DNA from: Mytilus edulis
Lineage: Eukaryota
Length of the DNA stretch: 64,000 nt
Reading direction: 5' to 3'
NCBI RefSeq assembly: GCF_963676685.1
Contig: NC_092346.1
Coordinates: 60,698,001-60,762,000 of the forward strand
Shown piece by piece: positions 37,315 through 50,600 of this stretch. The position numbers and the translations under genes are program-made. The notes beneath the pieces are model-generated. The model was not told the origin of the DNA, did not search any database, and saw only the letters and a list, made by a program, of their open reading frames with translations. The stretch's first letter is position 1. Every line of letters starts with the position of its first letter.

Positions 37315-40300
37315 ATGTCAGAAAAAATAAACATAATGTGTTGGAACTGTAAAGGCGTCATGTCGGCTGTTCCTTATTAAACTAATTGTTTGGAAAAATA
37401 CGATATTAACATTTGCGCATTATCTGAACACTGGCTTCGTAAATGTAATATACACTTTCTACAACAGATTGATAGCAAATACAAAATTTATGCTAAAAGT
37501 GTTGACGAACTTTTACCAACGACACAGAAATGTTCTAATTACAGAAAAGGTGTTGCACTGTTAGTCTCATCGAATATCGATCGTTATGTTGTGCACGAAA
37601 TTGATGTCGATTCAGATAGGATTATGGCCTAATGATGTGACTATTTTCTTCTTCTGTGTATACTTACCCGCTGCTTCTCTCCCTATTGATTTGTTTAAAG
37701 AATATGTAGATTTACTTCACGAACTCTATTCCGTATATAGTCAAAATGGCATAGTAATTTTTGCTGGTGATTTTAATGCGAAAGTTCAAGGACCACGTGT
37801 CAGTGGTGTTCAAGACGACAGAAGCAAAATATTGCGGAGAGTTTTAGATGAATTTTCCTTAATTTCTTTAAACACACAGACTTTTTGTAAAGGACCTATA
37901 CACACTTTTCAGGGCTACGAAAATGGTCCTTGCTCAACAATAGATCATATAATTGTTCCAGATAACCTGCCATTCAAACCGGAAAATGTAAATATTCTTG
38001 ATGACGATGGATTGAACTTATCCGATCATTTTCCTATTATATGTACGTTCAACCTAGGCGACTCCTTTACTCGTCCAAATCTGTCAACTTCTTCAACAAA
38101 CATAGCCTGGAATAAAGCTCTGTGAAATGGTAGTTTGACCGACTATGCGTTTGCTGTTTCACAAAACCTTTGGACAGTAGATACGAATCAAACTGATATA
38201 GAAAAGTATTACTCCGAAATAGTCAACAGTCTCGTTCTAGCAGCAAGAGATACCCTTGCTATCGTCAAGCATAAAGACATTTAAAACCATATTGGAATGA
38301 TCATCTAACGGAGTTGCATGATTCTATGATTCAACGTCGAAATGTATGGATCAGTGAACATAGACCTCGTGGTGAAGAATATGAGTCGTATATATCATAC
38401 AAAAATTCAAAAAACTGTTTTAGGAATGAACTTCGTCGAGTCTATGACGAGTATGTAGCCGAGATGCAGGGGCGGATCCAGCCATTTTAAAAAGGGGGGG
38501 TCCCAACCCAGAGTAAAGGGGGGGTTCCAGCTATATACTCCCATTCAAATGCATTGATCGGCCAAAAAAGGGGGGTTCCAACCCCCGGAACCCCCCTCTG
38601 GATCCGCGCCTGAGATGTCTAATGATATTGAAAAATCTATCAAGGTAGATCAACGCTTAGCATGGTGTATTATCAACAGTCGTCGATCAAGGAATACATC
38701 TGATATCCTACTGAAATTGAACAATAAACTTGTAAATGATCCCGAAAGTGTTTGTGCTGAATTTGCAAATCTTTTTGAAGCAATCGCCAAAATGTCCGAT
38801 CATACTGAAGACAAAGTCAACACTAAACTTTTGAACCTTATTCGTAATCGATGCGATAACAACCCAATTAGACCCGTGTTTTTTGAAGAACTATCGAAAA
38901 TTGTGACTAACTTGCCAAAATGGAAAAGCGAGTGGGCTTGATGGAATATCATATGAGCATATTAAATACGGCGGAAAATTATTATTGAGACATTTGTGCA
39001 ACCTTTTTAATCTAATCTTTGATCAATGTATAACACCTGTTGATTGGAAAACAAGTGTAGTAATTCCGTTGTTTAAAGATGGGAAAAAGTTGAAGTCTGA
39101 TATCGAATCATACCGTGGTATATCTCTCATACCTTGCATATCAAAAGTGTTTGAAAAATTGCTGGATAATAGACTAAATGAACGACTGATAGATTTTCCG
39201 AATAACCAACAAATGGCATATCAAAAGTATTTAAGCAGTATTTACGCCTCGTTTAATTTACAAGAAACCGTACATCACTATAAGGAGAGGAATAGTTCTA
39301 TTCAAGTGACTTTGCTAGATAGCAAGAGGGCGTTTGATACGGTGGACCATATTGGACTTAAAATTAAGATCAATGACCTTGGAATTGATGGTAATTTGTG
39401 GAAATTGCTAGATCATATGTATAGAGATCTTAAAAGTTGTGTGCGATGTAATTACGTAACCTCTAGATTTTTCAGCCTTGAGAGAGGCGTTCGACAAGGT
39501 AGTGCTTTATCGGCGAAACTTTACCTTATTTATATAAACGATCTTATTGATATACTTTCTACGTCAGGGAAAGGAGCTGTTATGCTAGATTTAAATGTTG
39601 GATGTCCTGTACAAGCTGATGACATCGCTCTTATATCGCCAACATTTTCCGGAATGCAATGCATGATTGACATTTGTTACAATTACAGTGTTAAATGGAA
39701 GTTCGAGTTTTCACCCAGTAAAAGTCAAGTTCTTATATTTTCTAAAAGAACCGAAACGTATAGAGATTTAAAACTCAATACAGATATAATTCCAGTTTGT
39801 AATAGTGTGAAACATGTTGGTATTATACTTGATGCCAGATTTAATTCAACTGAGAGAACTTTAGCAGCCTGTCGTACAATACGTTCTGTTTGTATGTCTA
39901 TAATCAGAATGGGTGTTCATCCGTCTCTACTTAATCCAATTAAATGTAGCAAAATTATTGTCCAACTATGTTATAGCAAAGGCCTGTATGGATGTGAACT
40001 GTGGAACAACTTGACTAAAAACGAACTATTATTACTTGAACGAACGCATCGGTATATTTGCAAATACGTACAAGCCTAGGTTGACTAAAACTGACAAGTG
40101 CACTTCTTTGCTAGGGTGGATTCCTATTGAAAGTATCATTAACATTAATAAGTTGTTATTCTTTGGGAGGCTGTGTAATATGCCATCTAAATATTTGCCG
40201 AAAAACGTCCTTATGTCAAGACTTTTGGTGTTTTACCACAAATGTACTGAAAATAACTTTGGCTTTGTGAATGTCGCATCCAGATTATGCAGAAATACGA

Positions 40301-40869
40301 TTTAGTAGGCCATATTGAAAAACTAATATCGACAAGTTACTTTCCTAAGCAGAAGCAATGGAAATCGAGTTAAAAAACGCGTATATTAGTATGAAGAGAA
40401 CATTCTTAAACAACGCCTAGATAGTGACAATGACTTTGCATATTTTAAACATATTCATAACTCTATTGAACCACATCGTGCTTGGACCATCTTGCGCCAG
40501 TATCCATCTTTGAACTTTCAAGCAAAATTTATCATATCTCTGTGCGCCCTGGTTAGACCAAGCGAACCTGATGCTGAATTACTGTTATGTCATAAGTGTG
40601 TTTTTTTCTATGGCAACGCAATTGTGCACATTTTAATACAATGTTGTAGTGTAGCGCCTACAAGAGACTTGTTTTGGATAGATCTGATTAATATTGGACC
40701 AATTGAATTTAGCGCAACGCTCCATGCTATGGAAGACATATACTTAACGCTAACTTTACTATCATGTAATGGTGACAAATGTTTCATTCTTTAAAAATCC
40801 GATGCAGAAAGTTTCACCCACTCATGTGTAAAGTTTATTTATAGGTTATGTAAGGAATATGACAGTTAA
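37315..40869 (+). pseudogene. LINE ORF2 (APE endonuclease, reverse transcriptase, Cys/His knuckle), disrupted
   Basis: CWNCKG, LSEHW, GDFNA, TIDHI, SDHFPI, YRGISL, RAFDTV, GVRQG, QADDIAL; several stops and frameshifts plus a MITE insertion. Confidence 0.9.
38467..38612. mobile_element. hAT-like MITE with 5-bp TSD inserted in LINE ORF2
   Basis: CAGGGGCGGATCCAG ... CTGGATCCGCGCCTG; AGATG at 38462-38466 and 38613-38617; removing it restores the V-A-E-M-S-N-D reading. Confidence 0.9.
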
Positions 40870-41105
40870 CTTGAGATCACTTGATATTTATTACAACTGA
40901 AAAATCTTAAAAGACATTTTTCGATTCATCTGAACATTTACTTATCTATTCTATTTATTCAATGATCTATTTAATTATTCATTATTATAAATATTTATTT
41001 ATTCTTTTATTTTATTCAAATCGTTATTTAAATTCTTATTATATTTGTATTTATGTTCATGTATATTCATACTCTCCTTAAGGAGGATAATAAACATATA
41101 TATAT

Positions 41106-41265
41106 AGATTCCTACACTGTTACAAGTGTATTACGATATTTCTCCACTCGAGACAGTTAAATTTTATTATTTAAAGCGCGAGGCTTGCCGAGCACTTTAA
41201 ATAATAAAATTTAACTGTCGAGAGTGGAGAAATATCGTAATACACGAGTTATAGTGTCGGAATCT
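41106..41265. repeat. 160-bp near-perfect palindrome
   Basis: AGATTCC..GTGTATTACGATATTTCTCCACTC..GACAGTTAAATTTTATTATTTAAAG mirrored around a CGAGGCTTGCCGAG centre. Confidence 0.9.
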
Positions 41266-44200
41266 GTTTCTCTAATGCTTTTTATCCTTCTTTTTCATTT
41301 AAGAATTATTATCGCAGCTATTGGAAAAATTAAAAAGGTTGAAATTATTTAGAATATATAGTGGTGGTTTTTTTAAAAGACTGACTGGTTATAAAAAATT
41401 AATAGTTATTTCGGCTACAGTTGAATTAAAAAGAATGTAACACGATTACACATTTTTATGAGGTAAAATGTTTTAAATATGTCGCGTAATATTCTACTAT
41501 TTCTAAGAAATATTTTCTAAGGGAATTTAAATGGAATTCTCATTCGCAACGGTATAAAAAAGCATGTTCTAAAAAATACCTCGGCTAACGGAATGAACCT
41601 GATATACAGATATGAACGTGAAGGAGATTGGACAGATTTAAAGAGAAACAAAAACACACATTTTAGGATTGAGGTTTGTTTTTACATTTATATTTGACTT
41701 ATGTGCCCTGCTGTACTCTGCTTATAGAGAGGTGAAAGATACCAAAGGAATATTCAAACAACACAGTATCCTTACCGTTTAAAACATTACGCTATTTCAC
41801 ATTTTTTAATAAAGTTCGAGCTTTGAAAATGTTTTGGCAACTTTTAGCACTCTATCTTTAATTTCATTTATAAAACAGATAATGGGGACTCGTTTAATGT
41901 CTGTCTTCACAAATTAGAAAAGGTGAACTTGTGGTCAATTGAATATTTCATTTATTTATGAAACATGGTTTGGTGTTAAAAATCATAATCCTTGTATCTT
42001 TGATGAGGTATTTTACACCCGCTGGGTCCATGCTACTGGTGGAATAGGTTTCTTCCAATAAGGTATCACCAGCCCAGTAGTCAGTACTTCTATGTTGGCA
42101 TGATATAAATCATTTGTCATATTCATATATTAACAGATTACAAAACTTTGAGTTGCTAAGAGGTTTACATATATGTTATATATAACAGCCAAAAGAAAGA
42201 GTTGGCTATGATAAAAGAAAGAAATAACAAATTTGCCCATCTAAAAATTGTCAGTTATGTTTTTTGTGTGCTTCATTGACTAATCACATGTGTATATACT
42301 TTAAATGGGATAGTCTAGTTAATCAATTCATATATCTTTACAAACAGTCATGTCTTACATTACAATTCACATCCGTATGTATACGTAGTTTAGTATGTCA
42401 AAATATATATGTGGGATTAATATGACAGGGTTTTAAATATTTTGCGTCATCTTGAACCCAAAGATGACTCAGATGTTACATTTCATTATCACATGTATAC
42501 ACTCATGTATATTGAAAAATAAAACAAAATGTCTAAAAATGTCCTGTATCAAGTCAGGAATATGGCAGTTGTTATCAAATTGTTTGTTACTTTGTATTTT
42601 TTCTTTAGAACACGATGTTCCTACAACACAACGTTACACCAAAAGAATGTTTTCTGAAATTTTGACGTCGATTTATAAAAATTTGTAATGTTCATTCGGT
42701 TTTTTATATGTTGTTGGTTGGTTCTGTCTCTATTATTTTTGATATGTCTTTTAACCATGAATTACCTCAAGTTGTGGAGATGTACATTTTTAAATAGAGT
42801 AATCTTCTCCTGGATCGTCCGCAAAAACGTCTAATGTAATCCCGGGTTGTATTAATTCAATGAAAGAGTTTTCGTTGCTGTTTGCTATTAGTCCTTCAAT
42901 TACCTCCGTTTCATGTACAAGTATATATTAACGAAAAGGTCCGACTTCGCTAGTACAGGGATTAGTTTCAGTACGACAGTACTAGAATAACATGGGTAGC
43001 CAGGACCAGTCGCAAACTAAAACATTTAGAAGACTTTTAACTATAATTTGGTGTATGCATCTTACTAAAGGGCATACTTTAAATGATCTATATCTATATC
43101 TATTATTTGGCATTTCAACAACATAACGAAAAATTTGCCTTTTACATATAGACGACTGTCTTGGTGTTTCTTAATTGTCTTTGCAAAAGTTATACATATT
43201 ATTGACATTCTGAATCATACATTTGCCTCTTTCAAGAATCAATTGCTAAAAGATAAAAACGATTTTAATGAAGATAAAAAAAATTAAACTATGTCGAATC
43301 TTGTATGTTCCGAGTATGTCAGCTTCCCGTGACCATTTTTTTTTCGACAGCCTTCAATGTATTTCTCTAAATTTCACCACACGATTTGTTTAATATACCA
43401 GGAACATTTAATTCAAACATATTTAGCACATGTACAACGTCGGAAATGAGTGTCTTTAGGATTTTTCGACGTTTTCCGACGTTTGGACAAAATGGCTACC
43501 GTTTTGTAATGATTCGTAGCATTTTATTTCTTTAAGACCCAAACATGTAGTTAATAAAAAAAAAGAATCTAGACATTTTGTACTTATCGTGTATCTTACT
43601 TTTGTTTTGATAAATTACAAATTTGATTTATTGAAATACCAGGTAAAAAACCGCATTTATTGCTTTCACAAATGAAATATTAACTTGGACAAAATGGCTA
43701 CCGCTTTAAAAACGACTGTAAAGAGAAGATTTTAAAAAAATCAATTCTTTTTGAACTCACGAACACTGAGCAAATGTTTGTACTTTTGGAAGATGTTGTT
43801 ATTATCTTACTTTTTTAAGACACTTTCTGCTATATTTACTTTTAAAAATCACTTTCAGTCGTTGAAAATTCCCGCCAAGTTACAGGAAGATCAGAGAATA
43901 AGTAATAGGGTCACTTTACATAAGAGTTAAAACACTTGTTCAAAAATGTAACGTTTGAAATCCGTTTATTTCGCGTGGCATTGTTGTTTTAAGCCTCAAA
44001 TATACTAGATATTACTAAGCATATGACCAAGAGCTATAAGAATGTAATTGAAAAAAAACATATACTGAAGTTATTTTTATAGTGGTAAGTGTTTGATAAC
44101 TTTTGTTTTTGTTTTGCAGCCGAAATTTCGAAAACTCTCTTTTAAATCATAGGGGTTGTAGGAACAGGGTGCGCAACGTTTCTTAATTTCTAAATTTTGA

Positions 44201-46046
44201 CGCGTATTTTAGCATTTAGGTCCTCCGTAACCCCTTTAATTGTCATTGCGGCACATATTGTTTATAACCAGTTTATTCCACTATTTTCAACTTTCAATCT
44301 TTCAGCTTTCAACTGGTGCATATAGTTTTCTGTAATTAGGGGCTCAGCTGACGGGTCGCAGCAGTCCATTCCATTTTTCACAATACGCTATTTCTAAATG
44401 TTCACGCATATTTTGACATGTAAAAAATGTAGCCCTGTGTTACTCCTCTAATAGGCGTTGCAGAACATATTGGCTATATACCTTTTGTTTCTTCTATTAA
44501 TTAACTTTCGAATGAGGTATAAGGTATGTCTGTAATTAGGGGCTGAAGAGTCGCAGCAGTCACATTGAAAACACGAAGGCTGAACTTAGTAATAAATGAA
44601 GAACAAACCTTTCAAAATACTTTCAAAGACTTGAAAAAAATCCAGTTTCTATCTTAGGTATGTATTTATGCATACACGCGATGTACCAAATTTGGTGACC
44701 GTTACCATGGAAAAGATTCTGGTGACATACTATTTTTAACTCAAATTTTTATAGAGGCCATTGCATAGTATATGTATGCAAATTTTAAGAAAATTTCAAT
44801 GGTGAAAAAAATTGCTATTAATGTATTCGATGATTTATACGCATGGTGCCCAAAAACCCAGAAGACACATTTTCTTACTTATATAAGACAATTCTTTGAA
44901 ATGAACTTTTTTCACTAATTTATAATGAATAAATTGATCTTTTTTGGCTGACTTTTATATACAAAATATTGTATTTTATTTCTGTTATTTTGAAATTATG
45001 ATTTTACAAATTTTCTTGCTGGTAGTTACAATACATAACGAAATACGTTCAATTACTATTTAATTCGTACACATATTTTAAAGATATACATAATTTAATA
45101 TTGTTCTTTATAATTAAACCCGAATGAAATTTTGCATTTTAAAGTTTTTTTTATAAAAGTGATTTTCATATGGAATGAAATAGCACCGAGATTATTTGTA
45201 AGGACTGTAAACGTTGAATTGGTTGATATTAATATTTTTTTATTCTGCTTTAGGTAAGATCATGGAAGTATTATATTGACAATATAATACTTCCATGGTA
45301 AGATTGACTACATACATTTCTCAAATTCCTTCAATACAAAATAATCATGGTAAATTGTCTTTAAAAAAAGAAAGAAAAAAAAAAAAAGACCGATGGTGAC
45401 AGTGGACAATCACAAATCATAAGTCGAAGAAAAGTTGAATCCACAATCTTATGACAGTGAAATTCATCGTGCAACTCTTTGTTACATCAGCTGTTAGACA
45501 TTTCTCAATAAAAGGAATTATGAATTTGTCTAAAGTTATCAAATGAACTTCCGAATCATTTGAAAGAAGGGTAAATGATTTATCATAGGCACAAAGTACT
45601 TTAAGACTTTTGCTATGTAAAATAAATTATATAATCCTGAGCGATTCAGCTGAAGACAAAGGTTAATAGATAAAACAAACTTTGTGTCTATGCAGCTTAA
45701 TAATATAACATAATTTAGGCTTTTCATTCTTAACAAATATTCAATAATCCGCTTTGAGTAAATAAATTTAAGGTCACATTTTTCCAAGCGTCACCTTACA
45801 TGACATGCGGCAAACTACCGAAAATATTGATCTACCAATTTGTAAACACTAAGTAATTGGCTTATCCTATACTGAATACCACATGAAAAATTAATTCAGA
45901 ATCGTTTGGCAAGCGTCATTCATCTTTGTAGTTTTGTTACCGCACTAAACAAAGTTGTACATAATATTTAATGTATCATTCAGCTTGAAAGCACGACGGC
46001 TGAATGCAATAAGCCACCACAGTGCGTCAATGCAAATTAGCTTTAA

Positions 46047-46860
46047 TGCGGGGTTCACACATTGCCGATTATTGCTCCCGTTTGAGATCAGACAGCGATA
46101 CGACTCGAAAAGTGAAAAATTTACTATTCTCAATTATCTGGAATTTCCTATCATGGTCTGAACGCAGTCGTTTAAGTTCGTAACAAATTCCTACGGGTTG
46201 GGAGGGATCCGAATAGTTCGGCGAAGCACCCCGACAGTTAGGTGCGTCCCGTAACATTCGGGGGAACTCAGCCAATTTTGTCTAGTCGGATTACAATCGT
46301 GCCTATGTCATGACAGATTCTGCTGTATCGGATCAAAATCCTAACAATGTTCTGTGTATACTTGACGGTGTCCTGTGAAACGGGAATGATCTGGAGAAAT
46401 TTTTCATAGCCGTTTTTCTGCCGATTGAGTCCTGGCCTCACGGTCATAAAACTTTCGAGCATGATTTTTGTGCTCAGAGCACTGAGCAAAGTTTTATGCC
46501 TTCAAAGCCAGATTGCATTCAGATCTTGTCGATTGCGAACCGTTTTTGCCGAAACCATTCCGGAACAGTCCCGTTTTTAATACGAAATTCGTCAATGATA
46601 CCCACGTCAGAGTCCCAATAATTAGAGAATACAATACGACTGAGACCAGACAAAGCTGTTTGCATTGCGATAGAGAGGACCGTGATAGGATTACGTTCCG
46701 ACAGTACCTGATCATCCCGAGTATGCCGACTGTTTTCGAACGGATAACTTCCGTCAGCGTCGGTTCACTGTCTGGTCACTGTCTGATCTCTGTCGGATTG
46801 CATTCGGTAGAATCAAGACGCAATAAGCTATCACCGTCAGTGCTTCATTGTTAATCAGAA
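46047..46860. mobile_element. GC/CpG-rich repeat fragment, probably one arm of a non-autonomous DNA transposon
   Basis: Abrupt compositional shift starting TAA-TGCGGGGTTCACAC; only short motif-less ORFs; second terminus not found. Confidence 0.4.
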
Positions 46861-47665
46861 GTTGACAACACAAAGACTGGACACAATAAGCCATCACAGT
46901 GCATCATTGCCAATTTACTTGAAAACAATAAATTTGTTTGCCTGGTCTTCATGCAGCATTTTCAATGAAGTTTAATGTGGTATGATGACCATCATATCCC
47001 CTCACTGAAAAACTTATATTGTAACATAGTAAGTTTGTTAATTCTTTTTTGAACATTGTATCAATTCATATAAATGTACAAAGAAATATAGATGACTCTT
47101 AAAGCACTGACAAATCCAGCGTATGTGTCAAATAAGCCTTCTTAATCTATCCGACTCTGCAAAGAAAGGAGAGCGACGTCACCTTGTAAGGGCTTTTCTA
47201 AAAAAAAAAATGGGTAAAAATATTCATACACATATACATAACATTCAAAAGACTGCTTATTGATGTTGATTTAACCTGGAAAAATAGAAATCTAGATGTT
47301 TTATTATTCCGCACAAATCCTGAAAATATTAGGTGCGTCAAAAATGATTAAACCAAATACACAGTAACTTGAGTAAGGTTAAATGTTAAAAACTATTTTC
47401 TACTTTTAAGATACCTGTATTAACTGGTTTATTTATTTTATTTGTTGTTTTTTCTCTTCTTTTTGTCTTTATGGTTTCTAAAAGCCCCAGTGAAGATTAA
47501 CATGTTATTGTTAAATTACTTACCTTTGTTTGAATGCCAGGTAGGTTTACCAATCGTGCATTAGATCGTAACTTTACTATCAATACATGATCAACAACAC
47601 AACTTCCGTTGACGAAAAAATGAAACATCTCAGCTAACGGAAGGAATAACACGGTTAATACAAAT

Positions 47666-50600
47666 ATGAAACGTGTAGGATATTGGATGAGTCAAAAGAA
47701 AAATAAAAGACTCAATTTAGAAGATCACAAAGAAACATTCAGGTATGCGTTTAGAATCTTGTGTAAATTATATGCAGTCACTAAAGTCGGCCAAACTGCT
47801 GATCAGGTCATGCAGGTTCAGCAAATCTACTATAAAATTATACACATTTGAGCTATATTTATGAAATCGAATGATAGTTTTGCTTTTAATCTGATAGTGT
47901 GGTCATAGCTTTTCACAATTTTTTATTTGGATATGCAGATTTTTGTTTCTTTTGTCGAAACCAGAAATTGGCAGAATTATTATTTCAGAAATATATGCCA
48001 CTGGACATCCAGTTTAATTATGCATTTTATACACAATCCCTATTGGTCAACTAAACACTCTTTATCACTATTCCCGGCTGACATGAGAATCTGTCCTGCT
48101 TGAACTATACACCTTATCGCTAATCCTGGCTGACCCGGCCGCTTGAACTTTTGACGCATACAACAATCACTTTTCCATTGTGGCGTCAGATATTTTGTTT
48201 TATGACGTCAAAATTTTACGGGAACCTGTGTGATATCCAGCAATGGCGGACAAATAGCGATAAGGTGTATTGACATCGAACAACAATCACTTTTCCATTT
48301 TGACGTCAGATATTTTGTATTTATGATGTCAAAATTTTACAGGAACCTGCATGCACTGTAAGGGTGTGATGTCCAGTAATGATGGACAAATGGTGATAAG
48401 ATGAATATGCACAAGATATTAGATATTTGTCATAAATATCAGTAAATCATTTTTCAATTAAAAAGAGAAAAGCTTCTGAATTGGTTTTAACAAATTTATT
48501 CCACATGTATACATTGTATAATATTAAATGGCCACTTTACAGTTAATAATTTCAAATATATTGAACTGGGGACAGATTGTTCTGAAAGAGGTGCAAAAGT
48601 ATATTAGTAGGGTAAATTCTATGCATATTTCCAATTGGGAACAGATTGTTCTGAAAGAGGTGCAAAAGTATATTAGTAGGGGAAATTCTATGCATATTTC
48701 CAAGCAACTGCTCTGTATTAATGACGTTCTTCCTTATTTGTCAGACCATTTAATGAATTTAACCTCCTTTACGAAAATCTGCCCCTAGTCATTATGGCCA
48801 AACTAACCGTGAAGGGGCCTATTTTATTGTCGAGCCTTCGACTTTAGTCGAAAAAGCGAGACTAAGCGATCCTACATTCCGGCGTCGTCGGCGGCGTCAA
48901 CAAATATTCACTCTGTGGTTAAAGTTTTTGAAATTTTAATAACTTTCTTAAACTATACTGGATTTCTACCAAACTTTGACAGAAGCTTGTTTATGATCAT
49001 AAGATAGTATCCAGAAGTAAATTTTGTAAAAATAAAATTCCATTTTTTCCGTATTTTACTATAAATGGACTTAGTTTTTTCTGCGGGGAAACAAAACATT
49101 CACTCTGTGGTTAAAGTTTTTAGAATTTTAATAACTTTCTCAAACTATCCTGGGTTTGTACCAAACTTGGACAGAAGCTTGTTTATGATCATAAGATAAT
49201 ATCCAGAAGTAAATTTTGTAAAAATAAAATTCCATTTTACCGTATTTTACTTATAAATGGACTTAGTTTTTTCTGCGGGGAAACATTACATTCACTCTGT
49301 GGTTAAAGTTTTTAGAATTTTTATAACTTTCTTTAACTATCCTGGGTTTGTACCAAACTTGGACAGAAGCTTGTTTATGATCATAAGATAGTATCCAGAA
49401 GAAAATTTTGTAAAAATAAAATTCAATTTTTTCCGTATTTTACTTATAAATGGACTTAGTTTTTTCTGCAGGGAACCATTACATTCACTCTGTGGTTAAA
49501 GTTTTTAAAATTTAAATAACTTTCTTAAACTATCCTGGGTTTGTACCAAACTTGGAAATAACCTTATTTATGATCATAAGATTGTATCCAGAAGTAAAGT
49601 TTGTAAAAAGATTACTCTGTTTTTTTCTGTAATTTACTTTCAAATGGACTTAGATTTTCTTACAATCATAAAATAGTAACAAGAGGAATATTTTTATTGA
49701 TTTTTTTCCTCATTGTTGTTGAGCCTGTGATTTACAGCAAAAATAGGCGAGACACTGGGTTCCGCGGAACCCTTACAAATTTTTTTCACATGTCTTCTCT
49801 GTCCTGTCTCACAACTTCTCTTAAACCACATATACAGTATGGTTCAATGACTGAAAAAATGGAGGCAGGGACATGTAAGCACATTGATATATGAACATTG
49901 AAAAAGACTGCAACTAAGTTAAAGTACATGTACAATGTACCCCTCTAGAAATTTGGAAGAGGCAGAATAATTCTTAAACATGCAATGTAGAAATACAAAT
50001 TGGATGAAAGCAGGCCATTTATTTGATTCACGTCAAATACAGTTGGTTCATATAAAATTTTGGTTGGCATTTAATATTTGACTTAGGTCTTCCTCTTCCA
50101 GGTAAGGAATAAAATGTTCAGTGTGGACAGCACAGAAAGTTTTTCATGGGCTATTTACATTTAAAACATTATCTATAAATAAATTTATATACAATTAAAC
50201 TACATGTATGTACAGGATGTTACAACGGTTACTGTCTAGATTTTTGCAGAGCATGCATGCCTTCATCTGTGTTGGCTGATGTCAATGATGTTGTGAAATT
50301 TTAGTTTCTATATATAAATGTGTAGTTAGAAAATTCACGTGCATTTTTTTTTTTACCAAATCTCCTTTTTTGGTATTCATAGAAATATTTTAGCAATAAT
50401 TTCACTATGAGAGTACTAGTACACACAGTATATTTGATGAATCTATCAATGTGACTGTAAATGTCATGATTTATTATACCAAGTTATTTACATAATGTAG
50501 TGTGTTTACACAGTTTATTTGTTAAATGTATTTGGATCAAACCACTCTCAGTGTTGTGTCTTTTAGATAAAATGTGTAATAGAATAAAACCAAACAAAAA

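Larger units (their letters stand above)
36325..41106 (+). mobile_element. Near-full-length degenerate LINE (RTEX-like): ORF1 plus EN-RT ORF2
   Basis: ORF1 pieces 36310-37291 (coiled coil, YFVSGI, FWPTGIRVRRW); ORF2 from 37315; AATAAA and (TA)n tail near 41089-41106. Confidence 0.92.

Noticed and set aside
45945-46854. Cluster of short ORFs on both strands
   Set aside because: By-product of higher GC content in a repeat; no recognisable motifs or splice chain.
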